A program made the translations under genes and the position numbers. A DNA stretch of 64,000 nucleotides from an uncultured Actinomycetes bacterium (GTDB taxonomy: Bacteria > Actinomycetota > Thermoleophilia > RBG-16-64-13). The notes beneath the pieces were generated by a model that had not been told where the DNA came from, searched no databases, and worked only from the letters and a program-made list of their open reading frames with translations. Below are positions 40,511 through 53,711 of this stretch, in pieces (positions within the stretch are counted from its first letter, which is position 1; each line of letters opens with the position of its first letter). The stretch is from assembly GCA_963706025.1 (NCBI GenBank), contig CAVPLM010000005.1:160001-224000 (forward strand), written 5' to 3'.

Positions 40511-41104
40511 CTAGGCCTCCATTTTCGTTCGCAGGGTGTTTCGGGCTCGGTTGAGGTGGCGGTTCACGGTCCCTGGCGATACGCCCATGGCCGCGCCCAC
40601 CTCGGCCACGTTCAGGCCGGCGATGTAGAAGAGGCCCACGGCCGTCCTCTGTTTCTCAGGAAGCTGTCGCACGGCTCTCCACAGCTCGGAGTTGCCTTCG
40701 GCCGGGAGTTCAGCTGGTATGAGCTCCGCGGCGTCCTCATCCAAGCTGAGGAAAAGGTGCGCCTGCCTGCTCTGCCTTCGCTGTTGATCGCGGACCAGAT
40801 TGACGGCCACCTTGCGCACCCAGGCCGCCTGATGGTGATAGCCGGACACCGTGGGCCACTCGCGGCAGAGACGGGCAAAGGCCTCCTGTACCGCGTCGCG
40901 CGCGACATCCGCATCGTGGGTCATGAGGGTGAGGGCGCGGGCGAGGGCTTCGTACTGATCCATGAAGAGGGACTCTGGTGAGGCGTAGCTGCGGTTTTCG
41001 AACTCTGCGGGGCTCCGCGTGGCTCCGAGACCCCGCCGTGCCCAGGAGAGGCTCCTCTTCGCCTGCGAGGTTCCCGTCTCCACTGCGATCATAGGACCAG
41101 CCAT
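40511..41104 (-). CDS. ECF RNA polymerase sigma factor (SigE-like)
   Basis: ARDAVQEAF, WVRKVAVN, LPEKQR, EVGAAMGVSPGTVNRHLNRAR. Confidence 0.9.
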   Translation of the reverse strand: MAGPMIAVETGTSQAKRSLSWARRGLGATRSPAEFENRSYASPESLFMDQYEALARALTLMTHDADVARDAVQEAFARLCREWPTVSGYHHQAAWVRKVAVNLVRDQQRRQSRQAHLFLSLDEDAAELIPAELPAEGNSELWRAVRQLPEKQRTAVGLFYIAGLNVAEVGAAMGVSPGTVNRHLNRARNTLRTKMEA

Positions 41105-41409
41105 GTCCCCGGCTCCCTCATGCGGCCGGTTCGATCAAGATCTCAAGATCGACTCGATCCGACCCACACTTCAAATCTACTCCTTAAACGTCTGACTGGG
41201 GCTTTTGCTTGACAAGACCGCCCGCATCGGCGGAGATGGATGCCTGAATCGGCGGGCCGGAGGGGGGGGTTCAAGCTGCTCCGCCGTCCGTCGCAGTGGC
41301 TTGGCGGTCTCTCTGTGGCAGCCGCTATCCTCCGTGCCCGGTCTGGGGCACTCATGAAGGCTATCTATCGACCGGCGGCTGGGCGTCCGCGCTTCTCCTC
41401 TCGCGCGCC

Positions 41410-41685
41410 CTATCGACCGAGAACGATGTCGATCCCGGAGAGCACCAGTTCGAGCTTGACGTCAGGCACTTTACCCACAGGATCGCTGAGCGCGCCCCGG
41501 TCAAGGGTGATGGGCTGGGAGACGTTGGCCACCGAATCTCTGGGGAGTCCTGTCAGTTCCGTGATCAGGAGCACATTGCCGGGGGCATCGGCCCATCGCA
41601 TGTTGCTCGTGAGAGGGATGCAGACAACCGTTCCGATCCGACTGCGGTTGAACGCATCACACTGCACTACCACGACGGGGCGCCG
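41410..41685 (-). pseudogene. 5'-truncated MazF/PemK toxin gene, no antitoxin
   Basis: RRPVVVVQCDAFN...IPLTSN...DSVANVSQ; in-frame TAA directly before RRP; N-terminal RGDxxW segment absent. Confidence 0.8.
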
Positions 41686-41849
41686 TTAGGTCCCCAACGG
41701 GAAACGCGCCGGGGGGACGCCGTGTCTGAGGAGGCGACGTCTCCGGTCCCGGCACGGTAAGCTTCTCGAGAGATGCACACCCGCCCAAAGGACTGGGCTC
41801 TTGTGCGGGATCGAGTGGGATTGAACGAAACTGGGGGCGGGACTCTGCT

Positions 41850-43091
41850 TTGAACGGCTACTTCATCGCTGCGCTTGTCGGACTGATGGTCGTGGAGGCG
41901 ATCGGCTGGATCGGCGAGTTGCTGAATCTCCGCGCCCTTGGGCCTACGCTGCCTGACGAGTTCGCCGACGTCTACGACGCCGCCGAATATCGGCGTTCCC
42001 AGGACTACACGCGGACGAAGACGCGCTTCGGTCTGGTGGCCTCGCTGTTCGATCTGGCCGTCCTGCTCGCGTTCTGGCTGGCCGGCGGCTTCGGCTGGCT
42101 CGACGAGGTGGTGCGCTCCTTTGGGCTGGGCCCCGTGTGGACCGGGCTGGTCTTCCTACTGATCCTCGCCGTGGCCAAAGGGATCCTCGACCTGCCCTTT
42201 CAGATCTGGGGCGTGTTCGTCATCGAGGAGAAGTACGGTTTCAACCGTACCTCGCCCCGCACGTTTGTCCTCGATCTCGTCAAGGGGCTGGGAATCGCGG
42301 TCGTTCTGGGCGTGCCCCTGACGATCGGTTTCCTCGCCCTGTTCGAATACGGCGGGGATGCGGCTTGGATCTACGCCTGGGCGGCGGTAGTCGCATTCTC
42401 GTTAGTCATGCAGATCCTGGCTCCGACCCTCATCATGCCGCTCTTCAACAAGTTCACCCCTTTGGAGGAGGGCGAGCTCAAAGAAGAGATCCTGGCATAC
42501 GCGCAACGGATCCGGTTTCCCCTGAAGGGAGTGTTCTCTATCGACGCCTCCCGGCGCACGACCAAAGGGAACGCATTCTTCACCGGTTTCGGGAAGAGCA
42601 AGCGTATCGCGCTCTTCGACACCCTGATCCAGCGACACCCCATGGGGGAGCTGGTGGCGGTCCTGGCCCATGAGGTGGGCCATTACAAGAAACGGCATGT
42701 GCTGATCGGCACGATCCTTTCGGCGCTGGAGACGGGCGTGTTTCTCGGGCTGTTCGCCCTGCTCATCGAGCAAACGGCCCTTTTTGAGGCCTTCGGCGTG
42801 GACAAGCCATCCGTGTACGCCGGGGTGATCTTCGTGGCCATCCTTCTCAGGCCGCTGCAATTCGTCCTCTCGATCGGGGGCGCCGCGCTCTCCCGGCATC
42901 ACGAGCGCAAAGCCGACTCCTTCGCCGCGACTACCACCGGCCGTGGTGATCTACTGGCTTCCGGTCTGAAGCGCTTATCCAAAGACAGCCTCTCGAATCT
43001 CACTCCGCACCGCTTCTTCGTGCTCCTCAACTACTCGCACCCGCCCGTGCTCGAGAGAGTGCGGGCGCTGGGATCCGGCCGCTCCACGTGA
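41850..43091 (+). CDS. M48 (Ste24-like) membrane zinc metalloprotease
   Basis: GNAFFTG, LAHEVGH, ERKAD, YSHPP. Confidence 0.93.
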   Translation: MNGYFIAALVGLMVVEAIGWIGELLNLRALGPTLPDEFADVYDAAEYRRSQDYTRTKTRFGLVASLFDLAVLLAFWLAGGFGWLDEVVRSFGLGPVWTGLVFLLILAVAKGILDLPFQIWGVFVIEEKYGFNRTSPRTFVLDLVKGLGIAVVLGVPLTIGFLALFEYGGDAAWIYAWAAVVAFSLVMQILAPTLIMPLFNKFTPLEEGELKEEILAYAQRIRFPLKGVFSIDASRRTTKGNAFFTGFGKSKRIALFDTLIQRHPMGELVAVLAHEVGHYKKRHVLIGTILSALETGVFLGLFALLIEQTALFEAFGVDKPSVYAGVIFVAILLRPLQFVLSIGGAALSRHHERKADSFAATTTGRGDLLASGLKRLSKDSLSNLTPHRFFVLLNYSHPPVLERVRALGSGRST

Positions 43092-44051
43092 GGCGCTCGT
43101 CCGGACTGTTCCGTGTCGGATTGGCCGCGGTCATTTGGGGCTCCATCCCCATTTTCGTACGTATGGTGGATACGTCACCGTTCGTGCTCGTGTTCTGGCG
43201 GGTGGCGTTCGGCGCCGCGGCCATGTCTGGTCTACCTACTCCTCACCGGCAAGGTGAGGGACCTGGCTCGGCTGGACCGGCGCCGTGTACTGGCGCTCCT
43301 GGCTGTAGGTGCTCTCATCGCCGTCAATTGGGTCCTGTTCCTTGGCGCGCTGACCATGACTCGGGTGGCGGTGGCGGAGTTGTTGGGCTATACCGGGCCG
43401 GTGTTCGTGGCCGCCTTGGCGCCGTTGATATCCCGCGAGCCCTACGACAGGCGGATCGTGCTCCCGCTCGTCCTGGCCCTCGGCGGCACGGCGATCATCG
43501 TCGGACTGGGTGAACTATCCCTCGAGGGTGGGCGCAGCCTGCTGGGCGCAGGCATGGCCTTCTGCTCGGCGCTCACCTATGCGGCTCTGATGCTCACCGG
43601 CAAGCGGCTCCTGCGCAACATCTCCGCTCCGATCCTCGCCTTCGGAGAGTACGCTTTCGCCACCGTCCTCCTGCTACCCGCCGTCCTGCTGCTCCCGGGG
43701 CCCTCCGCCCCCACAGAATGGGGCGCTCTCGTCACCCTGGGCGTCGTGCATACCGCCTTCGCCATACTCGTCTTCTTCTCGGGTCTCCGCCACGTGCGCA
43801 CCGATCACGCGGCGGTGTTCATGTACGCCGAACCGGTGACGGCCGTCATTTTCGCGGCCGTATTCCTGGCGGAGCCCCTCACCTGGGCCACGGTGGTCGG
43901 GGGTGCGGGGGTGGTCGCGGCAGGAATCTTGGTGGCACGCATGGCGCCGGCCGGCGGCATGGAAGCGGCGGGAGTGTCTGAGGCGCTAGAATCACCATTG
44001 AAGGACGGAGTGACGGCTGAGTCCCGGGATCCGGACAGGAGTGAGACATGA
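43088..44051 (+). CDS. DMT/EamA family transporter (apparent indel near 43225)
   Basis: IWGS, WRVAFG, YTGPVFV, YAEPVTA; about 10 TM helices. Confidence 0.88.
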
Positions 44052-44959
44052 GGATCGCGCTTATCGGGCAGGCGGCTTTCGGAGAGAAAGTGCTCGAGGC
44101 CCTGTTGGCGGAAGGGGAGGAGGTGGCGGTGGTCTACATGCCTCCCGATGCCCCTGGTAGCAAGGGCAACTCGTTCAGGGAGTTGGCCGAGGCCAAGGGG
44201 ATCCCCGTGCGGCAACCGGCCAGGATGCGTGACCCCGAGGTCTACGAGGATTACCGGCAGTTCGAGGCCGACCTCAACGTCATGGCCTTCGTGACGGAGA
44301 TCGTTCCCCTGGCGATCCTGGACTATCCTCGGCTGGGGACCATCCAGTACCATCCATCCTTGCTTCCCCGGCATCGGGGAGGGAGCGCGATCAACTGGGC
44401 CGTGATCAACGGGGAGATGAAGACCGGCCTCACCATCTTCTGGCCGGACGAGGGTCTGGACACGGGGCCGATCCTGATGCAGAAAGAGGTCACGATCGAG
44501 CCGGACGACACCCTGGGGACGGTCTACTTCAACAAGCTGTTTCCGCTTGGTGTGGAGGCCATGCTGGAATCGGTTCGCCTGGTCAAGGAGGGCAAAGCCC
44601 CAAAGATCCCCCAGGATCTGACGCAGGGCGAGTACGAGCCGCTCTGCAAGCGCATGACGATCGATTGGATGTACCCGGTGGGGATCGTCTACAACGTCAT
44701 CCGGGGCTGCAACCCGTCGCCGGGTGCGTCCACGTCATGGCAGGGCGCAGGGGCTCAAGATCTTCGACTGCGAGAGGCGCGCCGTCAGCGGCCCGCAGGC
44801 GCCCGGCACGTCACCGGGATCGCGGAGGACGGCTTCCTGGTGGCGGCCAACGGCGGCAGCATCTTCGTGAAGCGGGTCCAACCGGCCGGCGCGGCCAAAC
44901 TGAGCGCCGCCGACTTCGTGGCGTCGGCCGGGATGCGAGTGGGGGATAGGCTGGGCTGA
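44048..44959 (+). CDS. Formyltransferase-family protein resembling the N-terminal domain of 10-formyl-THF dehydrogenase
   Basis: IGQAAFG, YHPSLLPRHRGGSAINW, IFWPDEGLDTG, LFPLG; compensating indels near 44745-44810. Confidence 0.8.
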   Translation: MRIALIGQAAFGEKVLEALLAEGEEVAVVYMPPDAPGSKGNSFRELAEAKGIPVRQPARMRDPEVYEDYRQFEADLNVMAFVTEIVPLAILDYPRLGTIQYHPSLLPRHRGGSAINWAVINGEMKTGLTIFWPDEGLDTGPILMQKEVTIEPDDTLGTVYFNKLFPLGVEAMLESVRLVKEGKAPKIPQDLTQGEYEPLCKRMTIDWMYPVGIVYNVIRGCNPSPGASTSWQGAGAQDLRLREARRQRPAGARHVTGIAEDGFLVAANGGSIFVKRVQPAGAAKLSAADFVASAGMRVGDRLG

Positions 44960-45006
44960 GCATCCAGACAGGTGCACTCCGGACCACCCGATACGAGGGC
45001 AGAGGA

Positions 45007-45477
45007 ATGACGGGAGACGAACCTAGTGTTCTCGAGTTGCTGATCGAGCACGAACTGGCGGTCAAGCGGCTGTACGAAGCATTCGCCGTGTTGTTCGCAG
45101 ATCGGCGGGACTTCTGGCAGAGCCTTGCCCGAGATGAGCAGGGACATGCCGATAGACTCGAGAGGCTGAGACCTCAGTCGACCGAAGTAGGCCGCTTCTG
45201 GCTCGACAGCGGACTCAGACCGCAGGCGGTCAAGTCGTCGATAGCCTATGTGGAGAGCCAGAAGGCCCGGGCTCAGGAAGGCAGGCTCAGACTGCTGCAG
45301 GCCCTCTCCATCGCCAAAGATCTCGAGAATGCGCTCATCGAGGACGAGTTCTCCAAGCTGAGCGGTCCCGTGAACGTTGAGATCGGGTCGGTGCTGGAGG
45401 ATCTTGCCGCCGAAACGGATAGACATCGAAGGACGCTTGCCGAAGCGTTGGAGGCTGAAAGGCGTTCAGGTCTGTGA
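45007..45477 (+). CDS. Ferritin-like/rubrerythrin-family protein
   Basis: EHE...LYE, DEQGH, DLE, ETDRH four-helix diiron pattern. Confidence 0.75.
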   Translation: MTGDEPSVLELLIEHELAVKRLYEAFAVLFADRRDFWQSLARDEQGHADRLERLRPQSTEVGRFWLDSGLRPQAVKSSIAYVESQKARAQEGRLRLLQALSIAKDLENALIEDEFSKLSGPVNVEIGSVLEDLAAETDRHRRTLAEALEAERRSGL

Positions 45478-45707
45478 CCCGGTCCGCCGAGCAGGATCAC
45501 CGGTCACTGGCGCTCTGGGCGGCCGACTGCGCCGAGAACGTGCTCCCGCGCTTCGAGGAGGAATACCCGGGAGACGACCGACCTCGGAAAGCCCTCGAAG
45601 CAGGCCGTGCCTGGGCGCGAGGGCAGATCTCCGTGGGCGAGGCGCGCGCCGCCGCGTTTGCCGCTCACGGCGCTGCTCGCGATGCCGCCTGCGACACCGA
45701 CCGTTGA
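45474..45707 (+). pseudogene. Imm5-like protein, apparently C-terminally truncated
   Basis: LALWAADCAENVL..FE...PGDDRPR.ALEAGRAW..G; ends after 77 aa. Confidence 0.6.
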
Positions 45708-45750
45708 TGTGGGGCGCGCCGGTGCAACCCGCTGCAGGAGGATCCCTATC

Positions 45751-46368
45751 GTGGACGACATGATCCGCTGCGACAGACAACACATAGACGCCCTGGCCGA
45801 ACTGTCCGCTCGAGCGCTCGTCAACGATCCACTCTACGAGCATGTCTTTCCGGATCCCACGACGCGGGAGGCCCTAGCAGCATGGGAGCTTGGAGGCATC
45901 GTGCATTATGGGGTTCGTTTCGGCGAAGCCTACGCGGCACCCGACCTCAGTGGCTGCGCGGTATGGTTGCCGCCGGGCCAGACGGATTTCACGCAAGAAC
46001 GCATGGCCGAGATCGGCATGTGGGACTCGGCCGCACGCATCGGCGCAGGCTCCGAAGAGCGCCTGATGAGATTCATCACGGAGTCGGAGGAGTGCCACAA
46101 AGAAGTCGCAGCCGATCTGCACTGGTACCTGGTCCTCCTGGCCGTGGATCCAACGAGGCAGAACGAAGGGATCGGGAGCGGCCTTCTCACAGCAGGCCTC
46201 GAGAGAGCAGACGCGGGAGGCTATCCGGTCTATCTCGAGGCCACCAATCCGCTCAACGTACCCTTCTACCGAAGGCGCGGCTTCGAAGTGCGCCTGGAGG
46301 CGCTCCTCTCTGATGGTGGCGCCTGTATCTGGTACATGGTGAGGGATCCGGTACGGCGTACCGCCTGA
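45751..46368 (+). CDS. GNAT N-acetyltransferase
   Basis: AVWLPPG, WYLVLLAVDPTRQNEGIG, YLEATN, FYRRRGF. Confidence 0.88.
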   Translation: MDDMIRCDRQHIDALAELSARALVNDPLYEHVFPDPTTREALAAWELGGIVHYGVRFGEAYAAPDLSGCAVWLPPGQTDFTQERMAEIGMWDSAARIGAGSEERLMRFITESEECHKEVAADLHWYLVLLAVDPTRQNEGIGSGLLTAGLERADAGGYPVYLEATNPLNVPFYRRRGFEVRLEALLSDGGACIWYMVRDPVRRTA

Positions 46369-46449
46369 GCCGCGCAACTGCGGGCATGCAGCGACCGGCA
46401 CGAGGCGATAGAGTTGGCAGATCGAGCCGTGTCTTCAGGGAAGGATGTC

Positions 46450-46887
46450 ATGGTTGCCGCTGAAAAGGTGCTCCCGGCGTCGCTACGTTTGGAGATGCTC
46501 GCTCCTTGCGGGATGGACTGCGGCCTCTGCTACTCGTACTTCAGGCCCAGAAACCGGTGTGCCGGCTGCAATGGCGACGATGGCTCCAAGCCGCGCTACT
46601 GCGTGTTGTGCGCGATCAAGAACTGTCCCGAGCGCAGGGGCGATTTCTGCGGCGGATGTGCGACTTATCCCTGCGCTCGCCTGCGGCGGCTGGACTCTCG
46701 ATACCGGAAGAAGTACGGTATGAGCATGCTGGAGAACCTCCGCTACATAGCCGCGCATGGGCCGGAGGCGTTTCTGGCCCTGGAGAAGGAACGATGGCAA
46801 TGCGCGGACTGCGGCGGGCTGGTCTGCGTCCACAGGGAGAGCTGCGTTCACTGCGGCCGCGCCAGAGACCAGGCTGGTCCCGCTTAG
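46450..46887 (+). CDS. DUF3795-family Cys-rich protein
   Basis: APCGMDCGLC, CAGC, CAIKNC, FCGGCATYPC, CADCGG. Confidence 0.8.
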   Translation: MVAAEKVLPASLRLEMLAPCGMDCGLCYSYFRPRNRCAGCNGDDGSKPRYCVLCAIKNCPERRGDFCGGCATYPCARLRRLDSRYRKKYGMSMLENLRYIAAHGPEAFLALEKERWQCADCGGLVCVHRESCVHCGRARDQAGPA

Positions 46888-46991
46888 CGATCGCTCTGGC
46901 TCGGGAGAACAGTACCGCAGCGAGGCGTTTGACCAGAAGGTACGAGACCGGAGGAATCACGGCGGTCGCAGGAGAATCAAGGGAGGCAAGA

Positions 46992-47897
46992 ATGAACGGG
47001 AAACAGATTCACGGCTATGGTGTGCTGGTCATCCTGCTGATCCTGTCGCTGACCGCCTTCGCTTGTGGAGGGTCAGGCGATGGTGATGGGCAAAGCGAGA
47101 CGACGCAATCATCGGCGGTGGGATCCACCGAGCCGAGTGGGTCCGGGTCGTCGGCGGTGACAGGCGGCCAGACGACTACTTCGCAATCCCCCGGTGAGCA
47201 GACAACGGTTCCGGCTGGTTCCACCACCACTGCGGCCTCCGGTGGCGACCTGACCAGCTACCGCATTCATACCACCTGGCGGGATGGCAGCCGTGAAGGA
47301 CCGGTTAAGACCGAATGGGATACGGCGTATGTCGCCGATCCGCTCGCCGTCCACCACAAGGCCGAAGGGGACGTCGACATGGAGATGGTCCTGGTCGGGA
47401 AAACCTTGTGGACCAGGTTCATGGACCTGCCCTGGCAGAAGACGGAATTGCCCGAGGGAGAGACGGCTGACTGGGCGAGCATGCTTTCCGAGGCGGAATC
47501 GCTGGTGGATGTCGAGGAGCAGACACCTGTGGAGAACGATATTCAGTGGTTGATGGGACAGTCGGAAGTCAAGATTGCCGAAGGCAGCCTGACCCCGGCA
47601 GGCGAGGAGACCGTCAACGGGGTCACCTGCAAGCGGTACACAGTGGACTCGACCTACACCTACAGCGTGGAATACCAGGCGCCGCTGAGTGCCAAGGCCA
47701 CCCTCACCGAAGGTACTCAGGGTGAGATCTGGGTGGCCGACCAAGAGGGATGGTCTCCGTTCGTGGTGAGGGCGCAGCTCTTGCAGACCACGACCACCGA
47801 GTTGGAGGGGGGTCCTTCGGGCACTGAGATCGTGTACATCGAAGAGGACGTCACCGATATCAATTCGTCCGACATCGTGATCGAGCCTCCTCAGTAG
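46992..47897 (+). CDS. Lipoprotein of unknown function
   Basis: GGAGG RBS; lipobox AFAC; S/T/G linker; GEETVNGVTCKRY. Confidence 0.8.
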   Translation: MNGKQIHGYGVLVILLILSLTAFACGGSGDGDGQSETTQSSAVGSTEPSGSGSSAVTGGQTTTSQSPGEQTTVPAGSTTTAASGGDLTSYRIHTTWRDGSREGPVKTEWDTAYVADPLAVHHKAEGDVDMEMVLVGKTLWTRFMDLPWQKTELPEGETADWASMLSEAESLVDVEEQTPVENDIQWLMGQSEVKIAEGSLTPAGEETVNGVTCKRYTVDSTYTYSVEYQAPLSAKATLTEGTQGEIWVADQEGWSPFVVRAQLLQTTTTELEGGPSGTEIVYIEEDVTDINSSDIVIEPPQ

Positions 47898-48069
47898 TGT
47901 GAAGTCCCGGAGTCATCGCCGCTGATGCCCACGCCGCCGGGACATGCCACGCCGCGCGGAGGAAGTCGTTCCCGACGCTCCCCGAGCGTACAGCCGACAA
48001 GCGAATCGACCTGACGCCCGGCGGCTTCAGGTTGTTCGCAGAACTCCGGTCAGCTGATTGAGGAGCAGC

Positions 48070-49545
48070 ATGGAAGGCTCCAAACACGACCGACGGGCTC
48101 CGCAAAGTGCGGCGGCCGATCGTGCCGCTGGAGACCTTTGTTTTGCGAGCGCGAAAGAGCTCGCCGCTCTTATCCGGACTCGAGAGGTATCGGCGCGCGA
48201 GGTCATGGCCGCGCATCTTGAGCGGATCGAACGAGTCAACCCGAAGATCAATGCCATCGTCGCCAAACTGGACGACGAGGAATGCCTGGCCCTGGCCGAC
48301 GCGGCCGATCGACGGGCCGCAAGGGGAGAGGTGCTGGGGCCGCTCCACGGACTGCCGATCGCCTTCAAGGACCTCCAACCTGCCGTGGGCTTTCCGTTCA
48401 CGCGCGGTTCCACCATCTACAAGGACGCGATGCCGGCAGAGGATTCCGTGCTCGTCGAGCGGTTGCGTAGAGCGGGAGCGATACCGATCGGAAAGACGAA
48501 CACTCCGGAATTCGGAATGGGCTCGCACACCTACAACAAGGTGTACGGCACGACCCTGAACCCTTACGACCACACCAGAAGCGCCGGCGGTTCGAGTGGC
48601 GGCGCCGGCGCGGCGCTCGCGACCGGCATGCTGCCTATCGCCGACGGTAGCGACCTGGCCGGGTCTCTCAGAAACCCGGGGAATTTCAACAATATCGTGG
48701 GAATGCGACCCACCGTGGGATTGGTCCCGTCGGCGCCGGACCCGTTGCCGCTGCTGGGCTTTGGCGTCAACGGCCCGATGGGACGCACAGTCGTCGACAC
48801 AGCTTTTCTGCTGGGTGTCATGGTCGGCGCAGATCCTCGCGACCCCGGGTGCTTCCCCTCCGATCCCTCGGCGTTCCGCGGGACCCTGGACCGCGACTTC
48901 CGGGGGACGCGCGTCGCCTGGTGCCCCGACTTGGGCGGCCTCCCTCTCGACCCCGGCGTTCGCTCAGTGCTTGGAGCGCAGAGGAGCACGTTCGAGGCAC
49001 TGGGTTGCGTCCCTGAGGACGCGTGTCCCGATCTCAGCGGAGCAGACTCGATCTTTCTCACCATCCGCAGGTTTCGGAGCGCCACGGTCTACGGGCCATT
49101 GCTGGCGGAGTTCCCTGAACATCTGAAGCCGGAAGCCGTTGAAGAGATCGAACAGGGGCTCGCACTGACGAGTGCCGACGTTGGTCGAGCGATGATCCAG
49201 CACGGTCAGCTGCTGGAGCGGATGCGCCGCTTCGAGCAAGAGTACGAATTCTTGCTGTGCGCCGTGAATCAAGTGCCGCCGTTCGAGGCCACGCTGGACT
49301 GGCCCAAGGCCATCGATGGGGTGAAGATGGAGCATTACGTCGCGTGGATGAAGTCGGCCTACTGGATCACCACGACGTTTAGGCCGGCGATCTCGGTCCC
49401 GGCAGGTTTCAACTCCGATGGATTGCCGGTCGGCATCCAGATCGTCGGTCGCCATCGAGCGGATTTCTCCGTGCTGCAAATGGCTCATGCCTTCGAGCAG
49501 GCGACAGGCTTCGGTCGGGTCCGGCCGGCAACGGTGATGAACTGA
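48070..49545 (+). CDS. Amidase signature family enzyme
   Basis: AFKD, GKTNTPEF, AGGSSGG, GSDLAGSLR, GLPVGIQ. Confidence 0.93.
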   Translation: MEGSKHDRRAPQSAAADRAAGDLCFASAKELAALIRTREVSAREVMAAHLERIERVNPKINAIVAKLDDEECLALADAADRRAARGEVLGPLHGLPIAFKDLQPAVGFPFTRGSTIYKDAMPAEDSVLVERLRRAGAIPIGKTNTPEFGMGSHTYNKVYGTTLNPYDHTRSAGGSSGGAGAALATGMLPIADGSDLAGSLRNPGNFNNIVGMRPTVGLVPSAPDPLPLLGFGVNGPMGRTVVDTAFLLGVMVGADPRDPGCFPSDPSAFRGTLDRDFRGTRVAWCPDLGGLPLDPGVRSVLGAQRSTFEALGCVPEDACPDLSGADSIFLTIRRFRSATVYGPLLAEFPEHLKPEAVEEIEQGLALTSADVGRAMIQHGQLLERMRRFEQEYEFLLCAVNQVPPFEATLDWPKAIDGVKMEHYVAWMKSAYWITTTFRPAISVPAGFNSDGLPVGIQIVGRHRADFSVLQMAHAFEQATGFGRVRPATVMN

Positions 49546-49554
49546 CGGCCGCTA

Positions 49555-50079
49555 ATGCCCGTGGACCTCATCCTTCGACCCTTGCGCGAGGACGACGAGG
49601 ACGAATTCCTCCGCGCACATCGCGCTACCTCGCCCGGGTACCCCACCTTCCTCCACTATTACGAAGAAGACATGCCTTTCCGTCGCTATCTGGAGGCACT
49701 CGCCGAGCAGGAGCGAGGCATAGGCGTTCCGTCTGGTCACGTCCCGTCGATCTTCCTTTTTGCCTTTGTGGGCGGGAAGATCGTCGGAAGGGTGTCGATC
49801 CGTCCATCCCTCAATCCCCGTCTCGAGCGGGTGGGGGGACACATCGGGTACGTCGTCGTCCCCGAGTTCCGCCGCTGCGGCTACGCCACGGCGATGCTCG
49901 GCTCGGCGGTGCGGATCTGCCGCGACAAGCTTGGACTTGCCCGCGTCCTGGTGACGTGTGACGAGGACAACATCGCGTCGATGCGGACGATCGAGAAGGC
50001 CGGCGGTGTCCTCGAGAACGTCGTGGACGGCCCGGATCTCGAGAAGCCGAAGAGGCGGTACTGGATCCAGATCCGCTGA
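49555..50079 (+). CDS. GNAT N-acetyltransferase
   Basis: VGRVSIR, GGHIGY, RRCGYA, TCDEDNIASMRTIEKAGG. Confidence 0.88.
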   Translation: MPVDLILRPLREDDEDEFLRAHRATSPGYPTFLHYYEEDMPFRRYLEALAEQERGIGVPSGHVPSIFLFAFVGGKIVGRVSIRPSLNPRLERVGGHIGYVVVPEFRRCGYATAMLGSAVRICRDKLGLARVLVTCDEDNIASMRTIEKAGGVLENVVDGPDLEKPKRRYWIQIR

Positions 50080-50188
50080 GGCGATGCAGCACGACGGAGG
50101 GCCGACAGGAGACCTCGCAACAAAGCATCCAGGCGGCTTTCGGCCCCGCCTTCCCACCCGCTCCCCGATACGCTACGATTGTCCCCGA

Positions 50189-50218
50189 CCTTTAATCGAG
50201 CCCCGTGAGGCCGAAAGG
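50189..50218 (+). promoter_or_regulatory. PyrR-binding RNA element upstream of carB
   Basis: CCUUUAA-UCG-AGCCCCGUGAGGC-CG-AAAGG fits the CCUUUAA...ARUCCNGNGAGGY...AAGG consensus with one substitution; -10-like TACGAT at 50174-50179. Confidence 0.8.
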
Positions 50219-50233
50219 AAGAGTGGCTGACGC

Positions 50234-53707
<3,474 letters not shown>

Positions 53708-53711
<4 letters not shown>

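Noticed and set aside
41240-41300. c-di-AMP riboswitch from CTGAATC...GGGGG
   Set aside because: The downstream conserved GGGGTGAAT and CCCGTCAGCTAA blocks are missing
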